Assembly (NCBI GenBank): GCA_977020255.1
Contig: CDROCS010003952.1
Span: 1-64,000, forward strand
Length of the DNA stretch: 64,000 nt
Direction: 5' to 3'
Origin: Obrimoposthia wandeli
Taxonomy: Eukaryota
Part shown: positions 55,623 to 64,000 of the stretch, one piece after another
Layout: the number at the start of each line of letters is the position of its first letter
How positions within the stretch are numbered: the first letter of the stretch is position 1
Notes under the pieces: model-generated
The model's database searches: none
What the model was told of the DNA's origin: nothing
What the model saw: the letters and a program-made list of their open reading frames with translations, nothing else
Translations under genes and position numbers: made by a program

Positions 55623-56630
55623 TCAATTAGATACACTAGTCAAAAATTGACCCATCGGTGATGATGGTGTGCAGTTATATGTATTGAACCCACAGCTATA
55701 CAACACGCCTTTATGATTCATATAATTCGAGTCACTGCGGTTAAGATCTAAAGGCGCTCCGTTATAATCACTTACGTTGCAGCATGCTTGTCTATCGTGG
55801 TTCAGTGAAGCTGAATGCTGAGTAGACAAGGCTTGGGTTATCGCTGCTGTAGCACTGAAGTCCCATAAGCTGCCGCCACCGAGTTGTGGTTTCGGTAACT
55901 TCACATAACAAGCTGGTGGACTTTCGAGCACGCCAATGGCATTCATAACTGCGCCGCAGCTGTTGATGACCTGTAACTCTAATCCTTGTTGCATTGCCTG
56001 TGTGGTTAATTGCTCAATCACTGCGGGGTAGCGAGCGTCTTGCTGAAAACTGCGGTCGATATACAAACTTAATACTGAACTAATAGATTTCGGTTGATTA
56101 GACTTATTTACTTGTTCAAGCTGTTCTGACAGTTCAGGACGCCAAGGCATTCCATTCTTCAGTATGCTCGATATGAGTGGTTGGGCATTAATGGCCTGGT
56201 AGAGGCCGTTCGTACTAGGATTATACACCACGCCAATGATCGGTTTACCTGCCATATCAACCAACGCGATAGACACGGCAAAGCCATTTCCACCTTCAAT
56301 AAAGGGTAGGGTGCCATCGAGTGGGTCTATACACCAGAAATAGTCTTTATGAAAACGGGCGTGAGTGGCGACATCTTCCTCGCAGGCATTTTCTTCAGTC
56401 AACAAGGCAATATCATATTGTGCGATGGTGGGTTCTAGTATCGCCAATATTATCGCTTGGCTATCCAAATCCACTTGCGTTACCACCTGTGCACTTAAAC
56501 TCGATCCGGCTTGCTTACTCTGCACTTGCAGTGAATATCTATCCACGCTATTGATGAAGTCACCTGCTTTCAACGCTGCATCGGTAGCGAGTTGTAATAG
56601 CTGTTCTAACTGACAAGCGCTTAGTTTCAT
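55623..56630 (-). CDS. Inositol monophosphatase / CysQ family phosphatase
   Basis: LLTEE, WCIDPLDGT..F, LWDFSA. Confidence 0.88.
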   Translation of the reverse strand: MKLSACQLEQLLQLATDAALKAGDFINSVDRYSLQVQSKQAGSSLSAQVVTQVDLDSQAIILAILEPTIAQYDIALLTEENACEEDVATHARFHKDYFWCIDPLDGTLPFIEGGNGFAVSIALVDMAGKPIIGVVYNPSTNGLYQAINAQPLISSILKNGMPWRPELSEQLEQVNKSNQPKSISSVLSLYIDRSFQQDARYPAVIEQLTTQAMQQGLELQVINSCGAVMNAIGVLESPPACYVKLPKPQLGGGSLWDFSATAAITQALSTQHSASLNHDRQACCNVSDYNGAPLDLNRSDSNYMNHKGVLYSCGFNTYNCTPSSPMGQFLTSVSN

Positions 56631-57712
56631 TGTGTTGATAGACCTTTATCTGATGAATTTAACGGCGCTGTGTTTAACAGTACAAGTGCCTGCTTAGTCA
56701 GCGCTTCGGTATAGCTATTTATCTTCCAATGGCTCGGACTCCAGCCTTTCATGAAGCGTTGGAAATCAGCCCAAGCAACACAATAAAGTGATCGCCACGC
56801 ATCTTCCACTGCTTGCGGATTTATATCTGGTTGTAGTTCGGAAAGTGCTTGCTGTAATTTGTTAAAGTAATAATTAAGTAGTTCTGGTACAGCTTGATCG
56901 CACTGTTGATGTGGCACGCAGCTACTTAGCAATAAGATCACGTCTTTCATGCCGCAGCCTTTGCCGACATATTGAAAGTCAACACCCGCCACGCGATCGC
57001 CTGTTGCTGTGAAGCAGAAATTAGCCAGTTTAGCATCACCATGAATAAGGGTTTGAAACTGGCATTGCTGTAATGTTTTATCTATTCGTTCAGCGGCTTG
57101 CTGCAATGGTATATCGGTTAGTTTTTCTAGCTCGTCAGGGCGAGTCGCAAGATGCCAGTAACTGCCGCATTCCCACAGGCCATCGGGTTCAATAGCAAGG
57201 TGCTGAGCATGGAAATAAGCCAACCAAGACAAGCAAGATTCTATTTGTTTATAAGACGCTTGTTTATATAAAGTCTGTGTATACGACGTTTGTTTATACG
57301 GAATCGATTTAGGCTCAAAACTGGTGAATGTCTGTGTAAACCCTAGCATGGCTAAGTCTTCCATGATCAGTAATATCTCATCATTTTGTTCGTTAACATA
57401 CAGACATTTAGGCACAGGACATTGCGGCAGACAGTGATTCGCGTAATGCTGATACCAGTGTAATTCTACTTGATATGATGTTAACTTTCGCTGATGAGAG
57501 CGTGACGTATTCCAACCGCGAGGATGTACCTTAGGTTGGGGTAATTTAATATGCTTAACAATGACTGAAGTATACTGACTACCGCTCAATGTGGCACGAA
57601 AAAGCTCGCCGTATCCACCCCATAACGGTTGGATTAACTGGGTGCTGACAACATGATCTGCAGTCATTGCATTGGCAACGGCTTGTAAAACGTCTGTAGG
57701 TATACTCATCAC
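56627..57712 (-). CDS. APH/choline-kinase-like phosphotransferase
   Basis: SYQVELHWY, TLIHGDAKLANFCF, VDFQYVG.GCGMKD. Confidence 0.85.
   Translation of the reverse strand: MMSIPTDVLQAVANAMTADHVVSTQLIQPLWGGYGELFRATLSGSQYTSVIVKHIKLPQPKVHPRGWNTSRSHQRKLTSYQVELHWYQHYANHCLPQCPVPKCLYVNEQNDEILLIMEDLAMLGFTQTFTSFEPKSIPYKQTSYTQTLYKQASYKQIESCLSWLAYFHAQHLAIEPDGLWECGSYWHLATRPDELEKLTDIPLQQAAERIDKTLQQCQFQTLIHGDAKLANFCFTATGDRVAGVDFQYVGKGCGMKDVILLLSSCVPHQQCDQAVPELLNYYFNKLQQALSELQPDINPQAVEDAWRSLYCVAWADFQRFMKGWSPSHWKINSYTEALTKQALVLLNTAPLNSSDKGLSTQ
57239..57298 (-). repeat. 4 x 15-bp repeat encoding YKQTS YTQTL YKQAS YKQIE
   Basis: Read directly in the kinase CDS. Confidence 0.75.
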
Positions 57713-58018
57713 TGACTCATTAACTTTAATAGATGAATAGTGTACAAAATAGTGCGGTTGATGGGTACCTTTCGTTTCAGGTCTTGGTTCGTCATAACCA
57801 ACTCTGCTAGAATAAACGCCCTCTATTAAGCTCTAAATGGATCGTTATGATACAAGCTGTGATTTTTGATATGGATGGCGTTCTTATTGATTCAGAACCC
57901 ATGTGGAAAGAAGCTGAGAAAGACGTTTATTAGGCGACAATTAACTTGTCCGGTTGACGACAACTAGCTTGGCCGGTTTTGGTACACTCTAAGCATATGA
58001 AATCTTTCGGAGATCGAT

Positions 58019-59518
58019 ATGCCTGGGAAGCCCATAACCCAACAACAGGTTAAGTTATATATGTCTTATCGTAATCAACCCAAACAATCTCAGGCTAAAG
58101 CAGCAGCGAAAGCCGGTATATCAGAGCGAACAGCTCGACGTATTGATACTCAGCAACATCAAGTGCAAGGTCAGCCAAGACAATACCGTACGCGTAAAGA
58201 TCCATTTGATGGCTTGTTCGAGGCACATCTAGTGCCGTTATTAAAAACTAATCCGGCCTTACAACCAATTACCCTACTCGATGCACTAGAAGAGCATGCG
58301 CCTGGCAAATTCGACCATAAGCACTTGAGAACCCTGCAACGCAGGGTTAAACGCTGGCGAGCTAAAGAAGGACCAGATCAAGAAGTTATATTCCTTCAAC
58401 TTCACACTCCCGGTGATATGGGGATCTCTGATTATACTTGGGCAAATGAACTCAATATTTCGATTGCAGGTGTCTCTTTCAAACATAAACTTTATCACTA
58501 TCGTTTGGTCTATAGCGGCTGGACATATGTGCAAACAATACTCGGTGGAGAAAGCTTTGAATCGCTTTCTTCTGGCTTTCAAAATGCACTCTGGGCAAGT
58601 GGTGGCGTGCCACTGAAACACCGTACTGATAGCCTTAGCGCTGCATTTAAAAATCACACTGAAGAGACGATACTCACCCAGCGATATGAAGCTCTATGCA
58701 AACATTATGGAGTCAACCCGACCCGAAATAACAAAGGGGTCGCGCATGAAAACGGGGCAATTGAATCCCCAAATCGTCATTTAAAACGGAAAATGGAGCA
58801 GCAGCTACTGTTGAGAGGAAGTCGTGACTTTAATGCGCTGGCCGACTACAACCAGTTCATCAATCTAATTGTCGCGAAAATTAATCGCCAGTGTAAAACA
58901 CGATTTGAAGAAGAAAAAGTGCATCTCTCAGCACTACCTTGTCGTCGTACTAATGAATTTAGCGAGCAATTTGTCAAAGTATCATCAAGCAGTACTATCA
59001 ATGTAAAAAGAGTGACTTACACAGTGCCATCACGACTTATCGGCAGTGGATTACTGGTACACATTTTTGATGACCGATTAGTATTATTCTACGGCCATGA
59101 GCTAACACTTACGCTTGATCGCGTTTATGCTGAAGCTCCTTTACGAGCTCGCAGCATCAACTATCGGCATATTATTCATTCCTTGGCCAAAAAACCGAAT
59201 GCATTTAAGTGTTCACGCATTCGTGACGACATCGTTCCTGTTGGTGATATGTCACTGCTGTGGCAGCAATTAACAGCTCATAGCGTGAGCGACTCTGATT
59301 GTAAATACATGGTTAACTTACTGTTGCTTGCACACAATTATGATTGTGAGGGAGCACTAGGGCGTTATGTATTAGCGAGTATTGAAAGCGGTCAGCGAGC
59401 CACCATTGAGCAGTGCAGAAAATTGTTCGGCCCTGAACGAATTGAAGTGCCGAAGATTAGCACTCAACAACACAGTCTTAGTGGTTATGATAATTTAATC
59501 GGAGGGTTAAATGGCTAA
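58019..59518 (+). CDS. istA: IS21 transposase
   Basis: HTH, GISDYT, HRTDSLSAA, KGVAHENGAIE. Confidence 0.93.
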   Translation: MPGKPITQQQVKLYMSYRNQPKQSQAKAAAKAGISERTARRIDTQQHQVQGQPRQYRTRKDPFDGLFEAHLVPLLKTNPALQPITLLDALEEHAPGKFDHKHLRTLQRRVKRWRAKEGPDQEVIFLQLHTPGDMGISDYTWANELNISIAGVSFKHKLYHYRLVYSGWTYVQTILGGESFESLSSGFQNALWASGGVPLKHRTDSLSAAFKNHTEETILTQRYEALCKHYGVNPTRNNKGVAHENGAIESPNRHLKRKMEQQLLLRGSRDFNALADYNQFINLIVAKINRQCKTRFEEEKVHLSALPCRRTNEFSEQFVKVSSSSTINVKRVTYTVPSRLIGSGLLVHIFDDRLVLFYGHELTLTLDRVYAEAPLRARSINYRHIIHSLAKKPNAFKCSRIRDDIVPVGDMSLLWQQLTAHSVSDSDCKYMVNLLLLAHNYDCEGALGRYVLASIESGQRATIEQCRKLFGPERIEVPKISTQQHSLSGYDNLIGGLNG

Positions 59519-60275
59519 TGTACAAAGCTTACCTATATTGCTCAAAGAGTTACGTTTAGGTGCCATTGCTAAAGCATGGCCGGAATTGTCAAAGAAAGCA
59601 GTCGAAGAACAGTGGCAACCAGAAGTATTTCTCGCTGAGCTCTGTGAAATAGAAGCGTCACATCGCTATGAAAACAAACTAAAACGTTTATTAAAAGACA
59701 GCCAATTGCCCATTGGGAAACAGTTGTCACAGTATGATTTCAGTGAGGTATCGGGGATCTCAGCACAGCAAATAAAACAAAAAATGCAGAACTTGGACTG
59801 GCTTAGGCAGGGTCACAATATCTTATTATTTGGCGCTAGCGGGCTTGGTAAAACGCATCTAGCCTCAGCGCTAGGTTACGCCCTCATTGAGCAATCAGTT
59901 CGGGTTAAATTCAGTACCAGTACGGCCTTAGTGCAGTTGTTACAGAGGGCAAGAGAAGAACTTAGGCTCGAGGAAGCGCTCAATAAATTAGACAAATACG
60001 AGCTGTTGATACTTGATGATATTGGTTATGTGAAAAAGAGTGACAGTGAAAGTCAGGTGTTATTTGAGTTGATCGCACATCGTTATGAACGTGGAAGTCT
60101 TTTGATTACAACAAATCAAGCGTTTAGTGAGTGGGATAGTATATTTGGTGACAATATGATGACCGTTGCAGCGATCGACAGACTTGTACATCACGCGGTA
60201 ATTTATCAAATAGAAGGGGAAAGTTATAGAAAGAAACAAGCAATGAAATCGAATGCTAAAAACCGGCCAAGTTAA
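59511..60275 (+). CDS. istB: IS21 AAA+ helper ATPase
   Basis: GASGLGKTHLA, LLILDDIGY, ITTNQ.F..W, DRLVHH. Confidence 0.95.
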   Translation: MANVQSLPILLKELRLGAIAKAWPELSKKAVEEQWQPEVFLAELCEIEASHRYENKLKRLLKDSQLPIGKQLSQYDFSEVSGISAQQIKQKMQNLDWLRQGHNILLFGASGLGKTHLASALGYALIEQSVRVKFSTSTALVQLLQRAREELRLEEALNKLDKYELLILDDIGYVKKSDSESQVLFELIAHRYERGSLLITTNQAFSEWDSIFGDNMMTVAAIDRLVHHAVIYQIEGESYRKKQAMKSNAKNRPS

Positions 60276-60925
60276 TTGACGCCAACCGGCCAAAGTAGTT
60301 GACGTCTAATAGACGTTTTTACTTCTGTTGGCGTTGAAGTGAGTGATACATTATCGGCTTTTACTGCTTCAATGACGACGCGAGAAGTGACTGAATTTTG
60401 GTATAGCCATTTCCCTTGGTCAGGTAAAAGCTTAGAAGACGTTGAAAATGAAGTGGTTGAGCGCGTGGAATTCCTGATTTCCGAAAAGGGTAAACCGATG
60501 GCGGGCGTAAAAGAAATTTTAGATTTATTCCATCATCAAAACCTTAAAATAGGTCTTTCAACGAATGCGCCGTTTAAATTAATATCGGTAGTACTGAATA
60601 AACTCGATATTGCTCACTACTTTCAAGCTATTTCCTCTGCGGAACATGAAACCAAAGGGAAACCTCATCCAGCTGTGTATTTGTCTACAGCGAATAAATT
60701 AAACGTAGATCCTTCAAAATGTATCGCATTTGAAGATTCACTGACAGGCATCATGGCGGCAAAAGCGGCCAACATTAAAACGATAGCTGTACCCTCGGAT
60801 TTAGAGTTTACAGACGACAAGTTTGAAATATCTGACTTTAAACTTAAGCGGTTATCAGATTTTACCCTTTCTCATCTACAAGAAATGGCAAACAAGACCT
60901 AGTTTAGTTATCCATTCAAAAATTA

Positions 60926-60967
60926 GTAAGCATGACAAAAAGCACTTATGTTTTTTGTCATGCTTAC
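60926..60967. terminator. Hairpin with 16-bp arms after hxpB
   Basis: GTAAGCATGACAAAAA...TTTTTGTCATGCTTAC. Confidence 0.7.
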
Positions 60968-60988
60968 AGTACCTTTAAAGTTTTAGCG

Positions 60989-61385
60989 CTAAGCCGAATT
61001 TGCCCCAAAGTGTGTTAGCGAAGGCTTGATTTTGCTATAGTGAAACTAATCTAAAGTCTATTTAACGAGATGGCGATGAGCAATAAAATGCAACCAGACA
61101 AAAATTTAGCAGAAGATTTGACACCCAACAATGAGCTAACGTCTCTGTCACTTGCTGAGATAGTACTTAAAGCATCGGCAAGCGACCATCAAATTGCGCT
61201 AAAAAGAATAGAAACACTATTTGATGCAGAACTCAATACGCCTGAAGGTGATGAGCTTGAGAGGCTGATCGTTTTTGTTGAAGCATATGAAAATGAGTAT
61301 TACCCAATTTGAACTGCTCCTACTCATTTATGTCCATCTACGTAGTGCAATAACACTAAGCCGCATTTGCCCCTAAACGAGTTAG
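60989..61385 (+). repeat. Pair of imperfect ~30-bp direct repeats (60989-61018 and 61356-61385) bracketing a small ORF
   Basis: CTAAGCCGAATTTGCCCC-AAAGTGTGTTAG vs CTAAGCCGCATTTGCCCCTAAACGAGTTAG. Confidence 0.75.
61070..61312 (+). CDS. HigA-like antitoxin N-terminal module lacking the HTH domain
   Basis: ALKRIETLFDAELNTPEGDELERLIVFVEAYENEYYPI* matches the N-terminal half of HigA-type proteins. Confidence 0.65.
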   Translation: MAMSNKMQPDKNLAEDLTPNNELTSLSLAEIVLKASASDHQIALKRIETLFDAELNTPEGDELERLIVFVEAYENEYYPI

Positions 61386-61628
61386 AGCGGTTACTCAACC
61401 GCAATATGTTCATATATATTTGCCATAGATTTGTTCATGTGAGAGATGGGTATGGTTTTTCACATCACAACCAATCGAAGCACCCAATTATGTCGTAAAT
61501 ACGTTTCCCATCAGAGCACCGTTAACCACTAGTTTTTAAATGTTGGTAAATTGAAAAACTATTAAAATGATATGATTACGCCGATTTCCTCAGAGGTCAA
61601 AGGTCAAAAAAGCTCGTGGCCTACCTTT

Positions 61629-61662
61629 TTGCGTCCGCACTAAAGCCATAGTGTGGACGCAA
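61629..61662 (-). terminator. Hairpin after the siderophore MFS gene
   Basis: TTGCGTCCGCACTA...TAGTGTGGACGCAA. Confidence 0.65.
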
Positions 61663-61680
61663 GTATAGACAGTTGTAATT

Positions 61681-62865
61681 TTAATTTTCTTCTTTATTTA
61701 TCTTTTTAGCGTATATGACGATTAAAATAATCATGATCATGTAAGTTACCGTAATCATTGAAAACCCTTGGTTTATGGCTAAAAAACTGATACTAATTGC
61801 ACCAATTCCAATACCTATTAATGCGCCAAGCTTGTTCGCACTGTGGCCCATACCGATACTTTTCCCTATTTCATTTGTCGTTACTAATTTCCGTAACTGC
61901 ATAAATAATAACGGTAGAATAGCGGCAAGAAAAATACCCCATATAAAGCGTAACAAGCCTGCTAGTAACAAGCTTTGTTCTACAAAACTAAAAGCAAACT
62001 GTGATAGACCTGCCATGGTACAGATTAAAAGCAGACTATTTTTTATTTGTGTATTATTAGCTCGGTCAAAGTATCGCCCCCAATAAGGAGCGAAAAGTAA
62101 AATCGCTAAGCCTGTTAGCCCGTATAATATACCGATTTGCAATGAGCTTGCCTCTAATACTTCTTGCCCATAAATGGCAAAAAAGCTACTCGGCAAACGT
62201 TTAGCAAGTTGTGCCAACGCCAATAAACAAAGTAAGACTGGTAGGCTAAAAAGAGGGGGAGAAGTAACTTGTGTTGTAGATTTTCCTGTGGATTTTTTAA
62301 ATGGAACGTTTTTATCTTCAGGTAATAACAAAGCGAGAGCAAAAAATACCAACAAACAACTAATCGACCCCAATGTAAACACACAATCAAACCCCCTGTA
62401 ATCGATTAGTATCCCACCTAAAACAGGCCCTAATAGTGTACCCGCGGCAACAGATGATTGTAATTTACCCAAAATATGACCTTGTTCTTGTACTTTAGTC
62501 GAACGCAAGGCATAAGCTTGCATCGCAGCAATCGACCCTGCGCAAACACCTTGTACAAAGCGGATTAAACAAATCCATTCCACTTCTTTTACATAAAGTA
62601 ATAAATATTGTGATAGAGCTAAGACAAATAGTGCTCTTAATATCATATATTTATGCCCTATACGATCACCTAGTTTACCCCAGAGGGGCGCACTAAGCAT
62701 GGCACCTAATAGAGGTAATATATAAATGAGGGCAGAAAATACTGATAAACTGACACCTTGGCTCTGTTGAGATAAAATAAGTGGCCAAAAAGGGCCACTC
62801 ATTTCCATCGAACCAATCGCGATTATTTGACTAAGCCACAGTAAACGAATCACACTGGTTGGCAT
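61681..62865 (-). CDS. MFS transporter, probable siderophore exporter
   Basis: About 12 TM helices, PLWGKLGDRIGHK motif A; overlaps the NIS synthetase. Confidence 0.85.
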   Translation of the reverse strand: MPTSVIRLLWLSQIIAIGSMEMSGPFWPLILSQQSQGVSLSVFSALIYILPLLGAMLSAPLWGKLGDRIGHKYMILRALFVLALSQYLLLYVKEVEWICLIRFVQGVCAGSIAAMQAYALRSTKVQEQGHILGKLQSSVAAGTLLGPVLGGILIDYRGFDCVFTLGSISCLLVFFALALLLPEDKNVPFKKSTGKSTTQVTSPPLFSLPVLLCLLALAQLAKRLPSSFFAIYGQEVLEASSLQIGILYGLTGLAILLFAPYWGRYFDRANNTQIKNSLLLICTMAGLSQFAFSFVEQSLLLAGLLRFIWGIFLAAILPLLFMQLRKLVTTNEIGKSIGMGHSANKLGALIGIGIGAISISFLAINQGFSMITVTYMIMIILIVIYAKKINKEEN

Positions 62866-64000
62866 CTAATACCGCCTCCTGACTTAAAGGATTCAACAAT
62901 GCCTGATAGTTATACTCATTGTTATTGGCTAATCTCATTAAGGTAAAACGTTTCATTTGCCAAGGCTCATTTAATAACGCTTGATATTCCTGTGCCCACC
63001 ATTGCGGTGGCGCATTATGTTTGGTTTGAGCAAAAATAGTGGCAATACGTTGGTAGGCCATTTTCCAAGCTAGGGCTTCATCAATATAACCCCGCACCAC
63101 CAAGTGATTAATTAATTCTGAAAGATGACAAATAAATACCGCGTGTAATAGTTTATTTCTGACATCTTGTTCGTCATTACTCAGTACACTTTTATCTTGG
63201 TGAAACTCAAGTTTTTCACCGCTAGAGATAAACGTGTCTTGGTGTGCTCTAAAAGCCCCAAAGTCTCTTAATAGAAGCGATTGCGGTTGGCCCTTATCAT
63301 TAAAAATCATCATGGAATTTTGCTGATGAGCCTCTAGGCTAATGCCAAAGCGTAAATATACTTGTAGTACAGGTGTCAGCAACACATCAAGATAAGTTTC
63401 CAAGACGGATTCGATAGAGAGTTGGTTGCTTTGGGCTATCTCTGCAAATAAAGAGTCCGAACTCGGGGTGTCGGCCATGAGTGTCGCAACAGGTACGGCA
63501 ACTTCATTATCTATTAACTTTTCACTGGGGTTCTGACGGAATAGCACCGAAAAGTATTTGCCATATTTTTCTTCTCTGTATTTATCGCCGGCGTAATGTA
63601 GCCCTGGTGCTTCGCGCATGACGCGTAATTTACAGCCAATCTCTGGGTATTTTTCAGCTATGGTTTCTAAAAAATGACTTACTCTTGGTCCCATATGGCA
63701 AGAACGATTGGATAAAACGCGTTCCGCACTGGTTAAGCGCATTGCGATCGGCAGTTTTATATGCGGGTAAAATGATGAGTTCTCAGGTACTAAGGTACGA
63801 AAAGACATAGTCGGTCCACAGTTTATTTGTGGTCCTGAGTCGAGTAGCAATAAGTCCTGTTTAACAATTAAGTCGGCAAAAATTTCGGGTAAAAAGCTAT
63901 CTGCCTGAAATGGGTGCACTGGCACGGGAATATAATCATTAGCGTTTACATTGAGCTTGAATAATGCCGTTTCCCAGCGCTGTTGCCACTCTGGATACTG
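62831..64000 (-). CDS. IucA/IucC-family (NRPS-independent) siderophore synthetase, 5'-truncated by window end
   Basis: Frame open to the window edge; IPVPVHPFQ, TMSFRTL, HIKLP..LTS, GISLEAHQQN, LLRDFG. Confidence 0.9.
   Translation of the reverse strand, partial: QYPEWQQRWETALFKLNVNANDYIPVPVHPFQADSFLPEIFADLIVKQDLLLLDSGPQINCGPTMSFRTLVPENSSFYPHIKLPIAMRLTSAERVLSNRSCHMGPRVSHFLETIAEKYPEIGCKLRVMREAPGLHYAGDKYREEKYGKYFSVLFRQNPSEKLIDNEVAVPVATLMADTPSSDSLFAEIAQSNQLSIESVLETYLDVLLTPVLQVYLRFGISLEAHQQNSMMIFNDKGQPQSLLLRDFGAFRAHQDTFISSGEKLEFHQDKSVLSNDEQDVRNKLLHAVFICHLSELINHLVVRGYIDEALAWKMAYQRIATIFAQTKHNAPPQWWAQEYQALLNEPWQMKRFTLMRLANNNEYNYQALLNPLSQEAVLDANQCDSFTVA

Larger units (their letters stand above)
57928..60311 (+). 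mobile_element. IS21-family insertion sequence, 2384 bp
   Basis: Ends TATTAGGCGAC... and ...GACGTCTAATA; two 23-bp subterminal repeats per end (..ACTTGKCCGGTT-like); 6-bp target duplication GACGTT (57922-57927 and 60312-60317). Confidence 0.95.
57847..60902 (+). pseudogene. hxpB: HAD hexitol/2-deoxyglucose-6-phosphatase interrupted by IS21 element
   Basis: 5' part 57847-57927 [27 protein letters not shown] rejoins in frame with 60318-60902 FTSVGVEVSD...KPHPAVY..FEDS. Confidence 0.9.

Noticed and set aside
61351-61387. Integron attC site (TAAC…GTTA)
   Set aside because: Only about 34 bp between cores, no L boxes or bottom-strand hairpin, no integrase in the window.
61406-61440. TorR boxes (ATGTTCATAT, TTGTTCATGT)
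   Set aside because: 25-bp spacing does not fit the usual tandem phasing, and no gene starts downstream.

Overview
AT-rich gammaproteobacterial chromosomal window (marine Alteromonadales/Vibrionales-like gene content; genus not determinable from sequence alone). It holds two separate copper-homeostasis clusters. Cluster 1 (1-9.8 kb): partial cupredoxin, copA P1B-ATPase, a Met-rich secreted protein, a CopI-like cupredoxin, cusRS, DUF3047 and MscS, with several CusR/CopR-type boxes. Cluster 2 (25.3-33.6 kb): cusCBA behind a MerR/CueR-type 19-bp-spacer promoter, two divergent Cys/Met-rich secreted leader genes ending in LYRPP, copG/DUF411, and a cytochrome b562-like protein carrying 14 Met/His heptad repeats. 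Other content: hflX, LysE, PhzF, a LysR/oxidoreductase/DsbA module, glnK-amtB (NtrC/sigma54), AlkB, OsmC hydrolase, gltBD, a diguanylate cyclase, a Usp protein, torR-torT/torS, a dCache chemoreceptor, a kinase/IMPase pair, and the 3' end of an NIS siderophore cluster. Two IS elements with intact target duplications interrupt genes that can be rejoined in frame: IS3 family in an outer-membrane beta-barrel gene and IS21 family in hxpB. The 38.5-49 kb segment is dense in frameshifts, probably sequence error. The strongest novelty candidates are the b562-fold Met-repeat protein in the cus operon (no cusF is present) and the paired RPP-ending leader proteins.
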